A stretch of DNA of 64,000 nt from Pseudobacteriovorax sp. (GCA_050293845.1 JBNKNM010000005.1:1-64000), one strand, 5' to 3'; shown: positions 18,527 to 29,852, numbered from the stretch's first letter. The notes: generated from the letters alone by a model not told the origin. Numbers and translations are program-made.

Positions 18527-18850
18527 CTAGGGGTTATTGCTGTCAAAAACAGGTTTCAACTGATCTTTACGATGCATTTCCATGACAATATCGCAGCCAC
18601 CAACAAACTTTCCTTTGACATAAAGCTGAGGAATTGTAGGCCAGTTCGTGAAACTTTTAATGCCCTCTCTTAGATCCCAATCATCTAAGACATTGCGCGA
18701 CCCATAAGTTACGCCATACTGGTTTAATACGTTCACAACCTGGGCTGAAAAGCCGCACATAGGCTCTTCAGGTGTTCCCTTCATGAACAAAAAGACATCA
18801 TTATTTTCAATATCTTGCTTAATAGTTGCTAGAGCTTCAGATTCTCCCAC
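18527..18850 (-). CDS. grxD: Monothiol glutaredoxin (Grx4 family)
   Basis: FMKGTP..P.CGFS, WPTIPQLYV and GGCDI. Confidence 0.95.
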   Translation of the reverse strand: MGESEALATIKQDIENNDVFLFMKGTPEEPMCGFSAQVVNVLNQYGVTYGSRNVLDDWDLREGIKSFTNWPTIPQLYVKGKFVGGCDIVMEMHRKDQLKPVFDSNNP

Positions 18851-18950
18851 GATGCTCTCCTCTATTCATTGTTGTTAGAATACGGGTTAATCCCGACTGA
18901 ATTGGTCAACTTACTTCCTAAATGGCAGCGAAGCAAGCAACTTTGTAAGG

Positions 18951-20015
18951 TTAGTGTGGCCGGTTTGCTGTCACTAAATCCTTGAACCCTGCCACAGCAT
19001 CCTCGACAAGAATCTCAGTCATACAGCGAAAGTGCTTTAAAGGACAAACCTGGGGACCATGATCGCTGCAAGGCCGACAAGGCAGTTTGTCAAGGTCGCG
19101 TTCCAGCACGATAGATCCGGGGGCTAAGGGCCCGAATCCCATGGCTTTTACCGTTGCCCCAAAGATAGCCAGGGTGGGCACACGGAATGCCGAAGCATAG
19201 TGTATAGGTGAGCTGTCATTAGCGACAAGGTAATCCAGACTGGCGTAGATAGCGGGTAGATCATTAAGGCTAGTCCTCCCACATAGATCTACTATCTCCT
19301 TAGCACCGTTATTGTCCCGTACAATAATGTTGGCAAACTTTCTTTCTTCCGGACTTCCTAAGAGAAACACAAGGTACCCCTCTGCAAGCAGCCAGCGTAC
19401 CAACTGCCCGTAATTTTCAGCAGACCAGCGCTTGGTGCCCCACACGCTACCAGGAGATACCCCCACATGTTTTCTTTGGGTTTTGGTCTCCTGATAGAGA
19501 GGCTCCCCATAATAGCTCATTGTGGGTGCTGCCGCACAAATTTCCTTACGGCTAATCCCCAAAGGCTCCAGGAGTAGCCCTTGTCTTTGGCATTCATGGA
19601 GCACCGCCACTCGTGGTACACTCACCTGAGAAAGCAGAGATAAAGAAGCCTCTTCGTAGGAGATAATGAATCCCCCCAGGTAGTTCGCCAGAAGTGTGGA
19701 TCGTATGCTCTTATGCACTTGCAAAATAATTGGCTGATGAATTCCTAATTGTTTGAGCTCCCTTTTCACAGCTCTGGCTGCTGTAAAAAAAGATTTCGCC
19801 CTTTTATCGAAGACAATTACATCATCAAGGTAACTTTGCTCCCTTAATGCTTTCTGACCCACAGGAGTGGTCACCAAAATCTGACGACATTTTGGGTAAT
19901 GCTTTTTAAGAAGTGAGAAAGCCCCAGTATTAATAATTATATCGCCTAAAAAACTTGTTTGAATCCACACAACCTGATGTGGTGCTCCCCTACGGCCTGT
20001 CAAGAATTTTTTCAT
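18951..20015 (-). CDS. Glycosyltransferase family 9 (LPS heptosyltransferase II-like)
   Basis: SFLGDII, PGSVWGTKRW, NDSSPIHYA, IFGAT and CRPCS...CP..HF.CM. Confidence 0.88.
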   Translation of the reverse strand: MKKFLTGRRGAPHQVVWIQTSFLGDIIINTGAFSLLKKHYPKCRQILVTTPVGQKALREQSYLDDVIVFDKRAKSFFTAARAVKRELKQLGIHQPIILQVHKSIRSTLLANYLGGFIISYEEASLSLLSQVSVPRVAVLHECQRQGLLLEPLGISRKEICAAAPTMSYYGEPLYQETKTQRKHVGVSPGSVWGTKRWSAENYGQLVRWLLAEGYLVFLLGSPEERKFANIIVRDNNGAKEIVDLCGRTSLNDLPAIYASLDYLVANDSSPIHYASAFRVPTLAIFGATVKAMGFGPLAPGSIVLERDLDKLPCRPCSDHGPQVCPLKHFRCMTEILVEDAVAGFKDLVTANRPH

Positions 20016-20463
20016 AAACTAAAGCATGCTCCCCATCAGAGTAATAGTGATAACGGCGAGATACGTTTTTAAACCCGTAGGATTCGTAAAACGACTTAGC
20101 AGCTAAGTTGGACTCTTTCACCTCTAAGAACAGTTTTTGAACTCCTTCACGTTGTGCGGCCATGGCAAGATAGTGGTCCATTAGCTGCTTACCACCTCCG
20201 CAGCGGCGAAGCTTTGGGAGCACATATACAAAAAGAATTTCGCTTATGTCAAATATCCATGACACAAACATTATTCCCTGCAATTCTGAGCATGCTGCCG
20301 ACTTCAGTAGCCATATAGACACATCTTGATGGGATCGAGTATCAAGGATTTGCTCAACACTCCAAAATTCCCTATTTACCAGCCAAGAATGGGACAGTTC
20401 TTCTAAGCTATCGCGATCTTGATCTTGGTAAGTCTCTATCAAATATGCTGCTGTCTGCTTCAT
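19990..20463 (-). CDS. GNAT N-acetyltransferase, RimI-like
   Basis: V.P..RR.G.G acetyl-CoA loop and LEVKESN.AA..FY...GF....R..YY.DGE.A. Confidence 0.8.
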   Translation of the reverse strand: MKQTAAYLIETYQDQDRDSLEELSHSWLVNREFWSVEQILDTRSHQDVSIWLLKSAACSELQGIMFVSWIFDISEILFVYVLPKLRRCGGGKQLMDHYLAMAAQREGVQKLFLEVKESNLAAKSFYESYGFKNVSRRYHYYSDGEHALVYEKILDRP

Positions 20464-21092
20464 GGTAAGGGCATTGGCTTTTGGTAATTGTTGGCACCAT
20501 CGAAAAATCGATAAGGAGTACTACCCATGAGACGCTCAAACCACAAGGCATTTTTTTCCACCTTATATTTCCAGGTTTTTTGGCTATCGCTAAATGATTT
20601 ATTTTTGAGGAACCGCTGCACCTTGAGTACGATGGCTAGCTGCAGCTTTATCTCCCGCACTGCTATCCTTTGAGCAGTTACAATATTTTTAAGTTTCTGA
20701 TTACGATCGATATTTCTTTTAACGATACGATAGGCTTCGGCCACCATACTGCCGTTGGGAATAAAGGATGAATAACGGTCCGAATCGGAATCAATATGGT
20801 GATTTATGATCATCTCAGAAAGGTATATATTTTTGAGTTGATCCCAGTTTTTAGAGTGGGGCAATTGGGGATCGATATGTTCGCGAAAAAACAAAGCTTC
20901 TGTAGCCAAACTCCATATTATAAAATCACGGTGCGTGTATATCGCCTTGTCAACATCAAGAAGATTTCTATTAACTAAATTTGCCATCGCCTCTGTGCTT
21001 TGCACTGCTAGGCTTAAAAAAAATAGTATAACAAAACTCCTAAGCAAGAAAAGCCTCCATCGCGTATGAGAACTATCAAGGGAAAACCCCAA
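20460..21092 (-). CDS. Hypothetical exported protein (possibly SurA N-terminal-like)
   Basis: N-terminal hydrophobic signal, then VNR.L..VD....T..D and a helical body. Confidence 0.5.
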   Translation of the reverse strand: MGFSLDSSHTRWRLFLLRSFVILFFLSLAVQSTEAMANLVNRNLLDVDKAIYTHRDFIIWSLATEALFFREHIDPQLPHSKNWDQLKNIYLSEMIINHHIDSDSDRYSSFIPNGSMVAEAYRIVKRNIDRNQKLKNIVTAQRIAVREIKLQLAIVLKVQRFLKNKSFSDSQKTWKYKVEKNALWFERLMGSTPYRFFDGANNYQKPMPLP

Positions 21093-21213
21093 TTTTATAT
21101 ATCCTACCTAAAATTTTTAGCTAAAATATCCAAAAGAAACCGCCATCTTGAACTTTTTATGGCCTCAAAAGCAAAATTTTCACTATAGATTGCAAACTTC
21201 TCTCTACTAATCC

Positions 21214-21241
21214 TTGACATTAAAGTGGATGCTTGTAAACC
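21214..21241 (+). promoter_or_regulatory. Possible sigma-70 promoter of the HU gene
   Basis: Perfect TTGACA at 21214 and TAAACC 16 nt downstream. Confidence 0.4.
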
Positions 21242-21294
21242 TTTACCAGCGTACCCTTAATAACAAATAATTTGTTGATTCATTGGAGGTTCCT

Positions 21295-21567
21295 ATGAAC
21301 AAGGCCGAGTTGGTCGAAGCTATGGCAAAGATCACTAGTGCAACAAAAGCAGATACGGAAAAATCGCTCGATGCTTTTATCGAAGTAGTTACCAAAAACA
21401 TTAAGAAAAAAGACGGCGTAAAGCTAGTCGGTTTTGGTACGTTTTCTGTATCTGACCGCAAAGCGCGCATGGGCCGTAATCCACAGACTGGAGAAGAAAT
21501 TCAGATACCGGCGCGCAAAGTACCTGTTTTCAGACCAGGAAAAGAGCTGAAGGAAGCCGTAAAGTAG
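21295..21567 (+). CDS. hup: DNA-binding protein HU
   Basis: MNKAELVEA..., LVGFGTF, RKARMGRNPQTGEEIQIPA and PVFRPGKELK. GGAGG RBS before ATG 21295. Confidence 0.95.
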   Translation: MNKAELVEAMAKITSATKADTEKSLDAFIEVVTKNIKKKDGVKLVGFGTFSVSDRKARMGRNPQTGEEIQIPARKVPVFRPGKELKEAVK

Positions 21568-21575
21568 TTAGAGCT

Positions 21576-21598
21576 CCCCCAGCTTTCCCGGGGGTTTT
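21576..21598 (+). terminator. Probable intrinsic terminator after hup
   Basis: CCCCC-N9-GGGGG stem followed by TTTT, between convergent genes. Confidence 0.45.
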
Positions 21599-21602
21599 GT
21601 TA

Positions 21603-21947
21603 CTATCCTGGAGGCCAAGTAAGCCCTCGCCCACCAAGAACGTGAGCATGGATGTGATCCACAGTTTGCTGACCATCTTTTCCGTGGTTGTAGACGATTC
21701 TGTATCCGTCTTGCTCCAACCCTAACAGATCGGCAACCTGGGATACTCGCTTAAAGTATTCGCCGATATACTGCACATCTTCGTGGCGTAGGTCCGCAAA
21801 GCTCTTGATCGGTTTTTTAGGAATGACTAAGACATGGACTGGTGCTTGAGGGTTAATATCTTTAAATGCCAGAACAAACTCGTCTTCAAAAACAACCTCT
21901 ACTGGAATTTCCCGTTTTAAAATTTTATCAAAAATGGTCTCTGCCAT
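21603..21947 (-). CDS. Histidine triad nucleotide-binding protein (HinT-like)
   Basis: TIFDKIL..EIP, AFKDINPQAPVHVLVIPK, HIHAH triad and C-terminal WPPG. Confidence 0.93.
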   Translation of the reverse strand: MAETIFDKILKREIPVEVVFEDEFVLAFKDINPQAPVHVLVIPKKPIKSFADLRHEDVQYIGEYFKRVSQVADLLGLEQDGYRIVYNHGKDGQQTVDHIHAHVLGGRGLTWPPG

Positions 21948-21950
21948 AGT

Positions 21951-22541
21951 TCACCCCGCGTAGGATTCATTGAACAAACGACGCTCTACTAATTCGATGA
22001 GAATATGAATAACCTTGATATGCAACTCCTGCACCCTATCAGCAAAGCGCCCACCAGGAGTGCAAATTTCAATATCCGCCCATTGACCCAAGGGGCTTCC
22101 CTGTTTCCCTGTTAGGGCTATAACCTTCACGTCCCCTTGTTTTGCAGCCTTAGCACCCTCGATTACATTCTTGCTCGTGCCACTGGTACTAATAGCTAAC
22201 AAAACATCACCAGCTCGGCCATGGGCTTCCATGAATCTTGAAAAGATTTTATCAAAACCAAAATCGTTACCAACACAACTGATATGGGCTCCATCAGCTA
22301 TAGCTATGGCCCCCAAAGCTGCCCGATCCCTACGATAACGCCCAGAAAGCTCTTCTGCAAAGTGCATAGCATCACACATAGACCCGCCATTTCCACAGGA
22401 GTAAACATGCCCGCGACTTTGAAAACACTCTGCTAACAACTCTCCCGCAGCCGCAACACTTTTTAAAGTCTCTTCATTACAGAGCAAGTTATTGAGCGCT
22501 TCTTGCGCCTCAGATAGACTATTTTGTATATACTCTAACAT
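21951..22541 (-). CDS. gmhA: Phosphoheptose isomerase
   Basis: CGNGGSMCDAMHFAEELSGRY, ISTSGTSKNV and ADRVQELHIKVIH. Confidence 0.93.
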   Translation of the reverse strand: MLEYIQNSLSEAQEALNNLLCNEETLKSVAAAGELLAECFQSRGHVYSCGNGGSMCDAMHFAEELSGRYRRDRAALGAIAIADGAHISCVGNDFGFDKIFSRFMEAHGRAGDVLLAISTSGTSKNVIEGAKAAKQGDVKVIALTGKQGSPLGQWADIEICTPGGRFADRVQELHIKVIHILIELVERRLFNESYAG

Positions 22542-22624
22542 TTTATTCCTTTTCTGAAATGTTCGCGTTACGCTAAATTAATTTATAGTGCATGACCAAT
22601 CTATAGAACAGCTAGGAATTTTTT

Positions 22625-23299
22625 ATGGCCAGATCACATGTAGCGATTATTGACCCCGGTTGCCGCGTGGCAGAGTTGGATTCGTTTAATCGTCTGCAAG
22701 ACCTAACTACCTCAAAATTAACTTACCATCTACCTTGTATATTTGGCATGGATTCACTGTATCAGCTGGAGCATGAGATTCATGGCGTGATCATTTTTGG
22801 TAGTGGTGCATCGGTGCACGATAGCATAGACTGGCTAAAAAATTTAACCTCTTGGATTGAGTCCCAAATAGATCGCTATACCCCCATGTTAGGACTCTGC
22901 TTCGGCCACCAGCTGCTAGCCCATATGCTTGGCAGCAAAGTAGCATTTGTCAATTCTGATAAATCCAAGCTTTGCGGTCTTAGAAAAATATCGTTTCTCG
23001 ATCGCAATGGCTTTTGGCAAAGTCAAAAAAGCGGGCTTTTTATTGTATCCCATCGGGAAACTGTAACTGAGTTAAGCCCCTCTTGTGAAGTCTTTGCCAC
23101 CAGTGAGGAAATCGCAATCGATGGATTTAGGCATAAAAATCGACCTATTTGGGGTATGCAGTGTCACCCAGAGGCAGGGCTCGGCTTTATTGAAAATCAA
23201 AAACTAGATATTCCTATTCACCAATCCAGTTTTTATTCAGGCCAACAATTTTTACGTGGATTCTTCAAATTGATTGAGCAAAAAACAAAGGAAGAATAA
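22625..23299 (+). CDS. Class I glutamine amidotransferase-like protein
   Basis: Nucleophile motif LGLCFGHQL and catalytic QCHPE. Confidence 0.85.
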   Translation: MARSHVAIIDPGCRVAELDSFNRLQDLTTSKLTYHLPCIFGMDSLYQLEHEIHGVIIFGSGASVHDSIDWLKNLTSWIESQIDRYTPMLGLCFGHQLLAHMLGSKVAFVNSDKSKLCGLRKISFLDRNGFWQSQKSGLFIVSHRETVTELSPSCEVFATSEEIAIDGFRHKNRPIWGMQCHPEAGLGFIENQKLDIPIHQSSFYSGQQFLRGFFKLIEQKTKEE

Positions 23300-23369
23300 A
23301 AAAAATTGGTTTAAAAAAATTTTTATGATCTAATTTCAGCTAGTTATACCTTAAATGGGAAGTTCTTGC

Positions 23370-23396
23370 TCAACTCCCTTTCTAACCTGTCGATTT
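23370..23396 (+). promoter_or_regulatory. Sigma-28 (FliA)-type promoter of flagellin
   Basis: TCAA-N15-GTCGATTT against consensus TAAA-N15-GCCGATAA, with exact spacing, ~50 nt upstream of the flagellin ATG. Confidence 0.6.
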
Positions 23397-23448
23397 GTTG
23401 CACATCACATGATGTGCTAACAAAAATTTATTATGACAGGAGGTCTGA

Positions 23449-24372
23449 ATGGGTCTAAGAATTCGTACTAACGTTGCCTCGTTAAATGCCCAACGGCGAT
23501 TAGCAACGAGTACAGAGAAACTTCAAGATAGTTCCAACAAATTAGCATCAGGAAAACGAATCAATAAATCTGCCGATGATGCAGCCGGACTAGCCATTGC
23601 TACCAATTTAACAGCTGATGTTCGCTCTCTCAATCAAGCCAAGAGAAATACTTCTGATGGCGTTTCTCTCGTGCAAACGGCAGAAGGAAGTCTTGTGGAA
23701 ACGACTGCCATGCTTACCCGTTTACGCGAACTAGCTGTCCAAGGGGCTAGTGACACTGTTGGGAACACAGAGCGAGAGTTCCTCGATAAAGAATTCGTGG
23801 CACTGAAGGACGAGATCGATCGCATAGCCAGTGCCACGGAGTTTAACGGAACACGGCTTCTTATCGGTGAAGGTGATGTAGCTGAGGAAATTGCCAACCC
23901 AGAAGGTACCTTTCCCCTTGAGGTACAGGTTGGTAAAGACTATTACGAGGGAGCTGATGATATAGAAAACGCCAATCAGGTCAATATTATTAAGATCGAT
24001 CTTAACAATCTTAATACCTTTACCTCTGGCGACGGTTCTCTAGAGATTGGCTCTTCTGAAGAAGGTACACGAGTCAACACGAAAGAAGCAGCACAAAGCA
24101 GCATCATGAAAATGGACGATGCTTTGGTGCAGGTTTCTGAATACCGTGCTTATTTAGGATCTGTTCAAAATCGTCTACAGTCCAGCCTTTCCAACTTGGG
24201 AGTGCAGACCGAAAATCTCACAGCTGCCAAAAGCCGTATTGAGGACACCGATTACGCTCAAGAAAGTGCTGAGTATACATCGAAGAGAATTCTCCAACAG
24301 GCTGGGTCTTCCGTACTCTCTCAAGCCAATCAGATGCCTCAGATCGCCCTTAATCTTGTAAATTCACTATAA
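23449..24372 (+). CDS. fliC: Flagellin
   Basis: N-terminal MGLRIRTNVASLNAQR...SGKRINKSADDAAGLAI and C-terminal RAYLGSVQNRL...SRIEDTDYA...ILQQAG.SVLSQANQ. Confidence 0.95.
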   Translation: MGLRIRTNVASLNAQRRLATSTEKLQDSSNKLASGKRINKSADDAAGLAIATNLTADVRSLNQAKRNTSDGVSLVQTAEGSLVETTAMLTRLRELAVQGASDTVGNTEREFLDKEFVALKDEIDRIASATEFNGTRLLIGEGDVAEEIANPEGTFPLEVQVGKDYYEGADDIENANQVNIIKIDLNNLNTFTSGDGSLEIGSSEEGTRVNTKEAAQSSIMKMDDALVQVSEYRAYLGSVQNRLQSSLSNLGVQTENLTAAKSRIEDTDYAQESAEYTSKRILQQAGSSVLSQANQMPQIALNLVNSL

Positions 24373-24380
24373 ACTACTTG

Positions 24381-24404
24381 AAAACCCTGCATAGGCAGGG
24401 TTTT
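24381..24404. terminator. Intrinsic (bidirectional) terminator after flagellin
   Basis: AAAACCCTGC-ATAG-GCAGGGTTTT, a perfect 10-bp inverted repeat 8 nt after the stop codon. Confidence 0.85.
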
Positions 24405-24709
24405 CTTCGCGATTTTCTTACTCAACCGCAGCCTACCAAGGTAGGTGAGGATTTCAGAAGGTTGACATCGCGGCAAGCGAAGAACTTTTCGGATTCTGGC
24501 TTTATAAACAATGAATCGAATCACACACTTTATTGAAGAAGCCAGAGACTACCTTTTGCAAACCAACAGTTGTGATAATGCAAGCCATGAGGTACCCGCG
24601 TTAGGTTATGCTATGTGATGTAAGAGTTATGAGATTTGTGCTTCAGTACTCTTATAAAAAGGCATGAGCTTTTGTATATACTTCTTGTGCGAATAGCTGA
24701 TCACAGTTC

Positions 24710-27367
24710 TTAACAAACCTTATCTACCCTTTGCCAACTCTCACTAAATTCGATCATAAATTTTGTACCTTGACCAGGATGACTTTCAATATATATGTGA
24801 CCACCTATTTCATCGATAGCAGTTAGAACAGCTGCCACCCCTATATGGCGGCCTGAAAAGAGATCAGCTTCCTTATTTTTAGAGGTTTTTGTTTTAAAAT
24901 AGGTAACGATATCAGTAAAACCTTCAGGTAATGAAATACCTCTGCCATCATCTTCGCAGCAAATTTTAATAGTACCAGTAGCCTCATCCTTACTAAATAT
25001 GAGGGTAATGGCCCCATAATTATGCTTTCCACATGCCTTTCTATCTTCTTCAATACCATGAATAACTGCATTTCGTAGCAAGTGAATAAGCGACTGTATC
25101 ATATAAACTGACTTCTCCGAATAAATACGGAGGTCATCTCCTACAATTTTCAATTTAACTTTCTTAGCTAGTTGATGTGCCAGATAAGACAAGTCTTCAC
25201 GAATAGGTCCCAGGATACTGGTAATGGATTTTGACATCGAATTATCAATCCAAATATCCAAGTATTCTTTACCGACTCCATGAATGTGATTTTTTTCTTT
25301 CAATGCCTTCAGCTCCGAAGCTGTGATAGGGAAAACTTCGTCATTACCCTCCCACTTTGTTTTCAATATAGATACATGTTTATGAAGAAAGCTCTTAATC
25401 TGTTTTTCGACACGCTTAATGGAATCAGAATTTAAGGATTTTTTTTCTTCTAGCACATGCAATAGCTTGGCTACGTCTGTTAAACCAAAGATCATAGCAT
25501 TACCCTTTAAGGTATGTATGACTTGTTTCACTTCATGACCATGTATTTTTTGGGAAGGATTTTTGAGCCAATCCAATGTTTCTTTAAAAGTCTTAATGAA
25601 TGCTTTAAAAGCACTATGATTACTGATAATTCTTAGTAGCATTCCGTTTTCTCTCGATTCCTCTTCTTTGAAACGCAACTCTGTTTTATCGCTCACTGTA
25701 AACAGTATAGATGAAATTTTATTCCTTTGATCTCTAATAACCGCACCAGAAACTCCTAAATACTTGGCACCCACCAAAAGGGTTTTCGGGATCTGATTCA
25801 AGCTTGCTTGCTCCGGCATCAAGTCATCAAACACTTGTTCTACTGCCATCTGAAAGCATAACTTTTCCGATTTATCCAAATCAAGGTAATCTAAAATATT
25901 TTTTCCCGACCTTAAGTTCTTACCAAAGAGCATATGGCATGATTTTGTAAATCCTTCTTGGATAAGAAGTTGATGATCAATCAGCAAAAAACCACTTTTA
26001 ACATTGTCAGTTATCATTCTAATGCGTTCCGTACGCTCTTGCACAATTTGCTCGATTTCTTCGATATGTCTTTTAAGTTCGGTATTCAAATTATCGATAC
26101 GATCTTTGGACTTCATAGCCTGAAAATTATAACGGTCAACCAATGAGAAAGAAATGAGGAGGATTTTTGCGGTATTGCCAATAATTAAACCCCATTCTGT
26201 CAAGAAGTTTAAAGGCAAATAACCTTCCAACTTCAAGGCCATCAGGATGATAACAACAGTATCAAACGCCCATGGTATAATATATGCTTTTGCTGGATCG
26301 AACCCTTTTAACCATGATTTAAATCCGGCAAAAATTATGGCTACAGAAATCAGACTGCAATAGCCATTGATTACTTTTGCCATAATACTATAGTCGACAA
26401 ATTTCACGGCAATCATCAGCATAAAACCAAATGCGATAACTCCCATATATGCCGAAAATAACCTAGGTACAATGTCCCGCATATTTAAAAACTGTGTTGC
26501 GAAAAGACATCCTAAATTTCCAGCTAGTGCTACAAATAGCAGAAAGCCTTCATTGGATAGCCACACTCCCATACGGTGAGGAAACCACTCCATAGAAGCA
26601 CCCAAGAATCCCATTTGCACAACAACAAGACTAATGACATACATACTTAGATTAAAAAACAAACTTTTTTTCAGCTTCAACGACATAATCAGGTAATATA
26701 TTGTCATGATGAGTTGAAAACCTATGGTGCCACCTATGAAGGTATACTCCCAGCGTGTTTGTAAAAGAAAGTTCTCAGGTTCCCACAAATAGAGCCCTAA
26801 ATAAACCGATCCATGGGTATTTATCTTCAAGAAAAAAGTATTCTCTCCGGGTGCTAAGTCCAGTTTAAAGATGGGATAGCGATAGGCGACAGGGCGAGAT
26901 TTAAAACTCAGCTTGTCGCCAACTGCTTGAACCTGATAACTTCCATCTGAGGCTACTGTATACAGTTCCAGTTTATCAAGCAGTGCATAGCGGTTCTCTA
27001 GATATAAGGTTTTACTCTGCTTTTCTTGATTGATAATTTCTATTTTAATCCAAAAAGTAGCATCGGTGATACCAAACTTTGGTGAGTCTCTTTCAGTCGG
27101 TGTAAACCTTAAATCATGATTTCCACTAATCAATTGTTCAATGAAAGCCGCATTATGCGGGTCTTCAGCAATATCAAGGTACTTACCGATTGGCATACTG
27201 TATTCAATGACCCCATCGATCACAATCGGTTTACTATAACTAGTGTTAGTAACTCCGTTTGATAAAAAAAATATTAAGAAAAAAAACCTAAACAAAGGTA
27301 AACCCACCCAAAGAAGTTTTCTGGCATATCGGCGAGATTTATGTCTGTTATAAGTTAGATCACACAT
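24710..27367 (-). CDS. 7TM-DISM sensor with Hpt and divergent CheA-type HATPase
   Basis: 7TM-DISMED2 motifs (FGIT...FWIK, GD...F..RP..YR.P.F), seven TMs, Hpt IHTLKGNA, HLLRNAVIHG, DDGRG and GQGTKF. Confidence 0.85.
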   Translation of the reverse strand: MCDLTYNRHKSRRYARKLLWVGLPLFRFFFLIFFLSNGVTNTSYSKPIVIDGVIEYSMPIGKYLDIAEDPHNAAFIEQLISGNHDLRFTPTERDSPKFGITDATFWIKIEIINQEKQSKTLYLENRYALLDKLELYTVASDGSYQVQAVGDKLSFKSRPVAYRYPIFKLDLAPGENTFFLKINTHGSVYLGLYLWEPENFLLQTRWEYTFIGGTIGFQLIMTIYYLIMSLKLKKSLFFNLSMYVISLVVVQMGFLGASMEWFPHRMGVWLSNEGFLLFVALAGNLGCLFATQFLNMRDIVPRLFSAYMGVIAFGFMLMIAVKFVDYSIMAKVINGYCSLISVAIIFAGFKSWLKGFDPAKAYIIPWAFDTVVIILMALKLEGYLPLNFLTEWGLIIGNTAKILLISFSLVDRYNFQAMKSKDRIDNLNTELKRHIEEIEQIVQERTERIRMITDNVKSGFLLIDHQLLIQEGFTKSCHMLFGKNLRSGKNILDYLDLDKSEKLCFQMAVEQVFDDLMPEQASLNQIPKTLLVGAKYLGVSGAVIRDQRNKISSILFTVSDKTELRFKEEESRENGMLLRIISNHSAFKAFIKTFKETLDWLKNPSQKIHGHEVKQVIHTLKGNAMIFGLTDVAKLLHVLEEKKSLNSDSIKRVEKQIKSFLHKHVSILKTKWEGNDEVFPITASELKALKEKNHIHGVGKEYLDIWIDNSMSKSITSILGPIREDLSYLAHQLAKKVKLKIVGDDLRIYSEKSVYMIQSLIHLLRNAVIHGIEEDRKACGKHNYGAITLIFSKDEATGTIKICCEDDGRGISLPEGFTDIVTYFKTKTSKNKEADLFSGRHIGVAAVLTAIDEIGGHIYIESHPGQGTKFMIEFSESWQRVDKVC

Positions 27368-27749
27368 TTACATCAGGGATATCTTTATCTATATAATTTT
27401 ATTTGTTTTTTTTCGCAATTTAGAAAAAACATGATTCACTGCTTGCACGCATTGTAAACTTTTAAAGCAATACTTCGCTGAATGTTTCAGATTTGTGGAT
27501 AGGCTTGCCTCTCGCAAAATCAAAACCTAATTCTTTAACCAAAACATTCTCATTTTCAGAATGAAGTCATATGAATTGTAGAAAGAAAGGTGTTTTCAAC
27601 TGCATGGGATAAAAATCGGATTTTGAAACCTTGCTTCCGACGAGCGACAAACGAACATTGACCTTAATCTTCTAATAGCATAAAAGTAGCTTTCCGTATC
27701 CATGAAAATGACGCGGTTATTTAAGAAAATTTTCATGAAAGGATGAACA

Positions 27750-28667
27750 ATGTCATTTGATAAGGTCATTGAAATCATTGGAGTACCATCAGATCTTGGG
27801 GCAAATATGAGAGGTGCCAATATGGGACCTGCCGCCCTTCGCATAGCAGGCCTGAAAAAGAAAATAGAAATTCAGGGCTATAAAGTACGCGACCTTGGTG
27901 ATCTCCATGTTCCGATTCGCGACTCCCTAAGTGACAGTATCCACGATGAAAAGTTCCTTAGTCCCCTCGTTGATTTGTGCCAAGACTTAAGTCAAAAGTG
28001 CTACAATAGCCTTGCTGGAGGCAATTTTCCCTTAGTGGTTGGCGGAGACCACAGCTTAGCAATTGGTAGCATTTCTGGAATTTCCCAGTATTACCATAAA
28101 AAGAATCAAAAGATAGGGATCATCTGGGTAGACGCCCATGCAGATATAAATACCCCAGAAACCTCACCATCCGGTAATATTCACGGCATGCCATTAGCAA
28201 CTATACTCGGGGAAGGGCACTCTAACCTCACTTCCATAGGTTATGATGAACCTAAGGTCAATCCCCACAATATAGCTCTCATTGGTATTCGAACCATCGA
28301 CGATCACGAGCGTGATGTTTTAAAGCGTAGCGGGATCAACTATTTTACAATGAGAGACATAGATGAACAGGGTATGTTCAAAGTTATGAAAAAGGCTATC
28401 TCTGCAGTTGCGGATGGCACAAGCGGTATCCACCTGTCCTTTGACATTGATGGTATTGATCCCCGCCACGCACCTGGAGTTTCCACCCCAGTTAGTGGTG
28501 GTTTAACCTTTCGTGAAGCTCACCTAGCCCTGGAAATGATTCACGAAACCAAAAAAATGTGTTCGCTAGAGTTTGTTGAGCTTAACCCTTATACGGACGT
28601 AGGAGCCCAATCTGCCAACCTTACTGTGGATCTAATTCTTTCGGCACTTGGAAAATCCATTGTCTAA
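27750..28667 (+). CDS. rocF: Arginase
   Basis: GGDHS, the Mn-binding DAHADINTP, SGNIHGMP, SFDIDGIDP..APG and VELNP. Confidence 0.92.
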   Translation: MSFDKVIEIIGVPSDLGANMRGANMGPAALRIAGLKKKIEIQGYKVRDLGDLHVPIRDSLSDSIHDEKFLSPLVDLCQDLSQKCYNSLAGGNFPLVVGGDHSLAIGSISGISQYYHKKNQKIGIIWVDAHADINTPETSPSGNIHGMPLATILGEGHSNLTSIGYDEPKVNPHNIALIGIRTIDDHERDVLKRSGINYFTMRDIDEQGMFKVMKKAISAVADGTSGIHLSFDIDGIDPRHAPGVSTPVSGGLTFREAHLALEMIHETKKMCSLEFVELNPYTDVGAQSANLTVDLILSALGKSIV

Positions 28668-28670
28668 TAA

Positions 28671-29777
<1,107 letters not shown>

Positions 29778-29852
29778 TGGGGTAGAAATTTCCTTGCTGA
29801 GTTTCTATAACATCAGACAGAAATTCAAATAATCCTAGCGGGGAAAGCTAAT

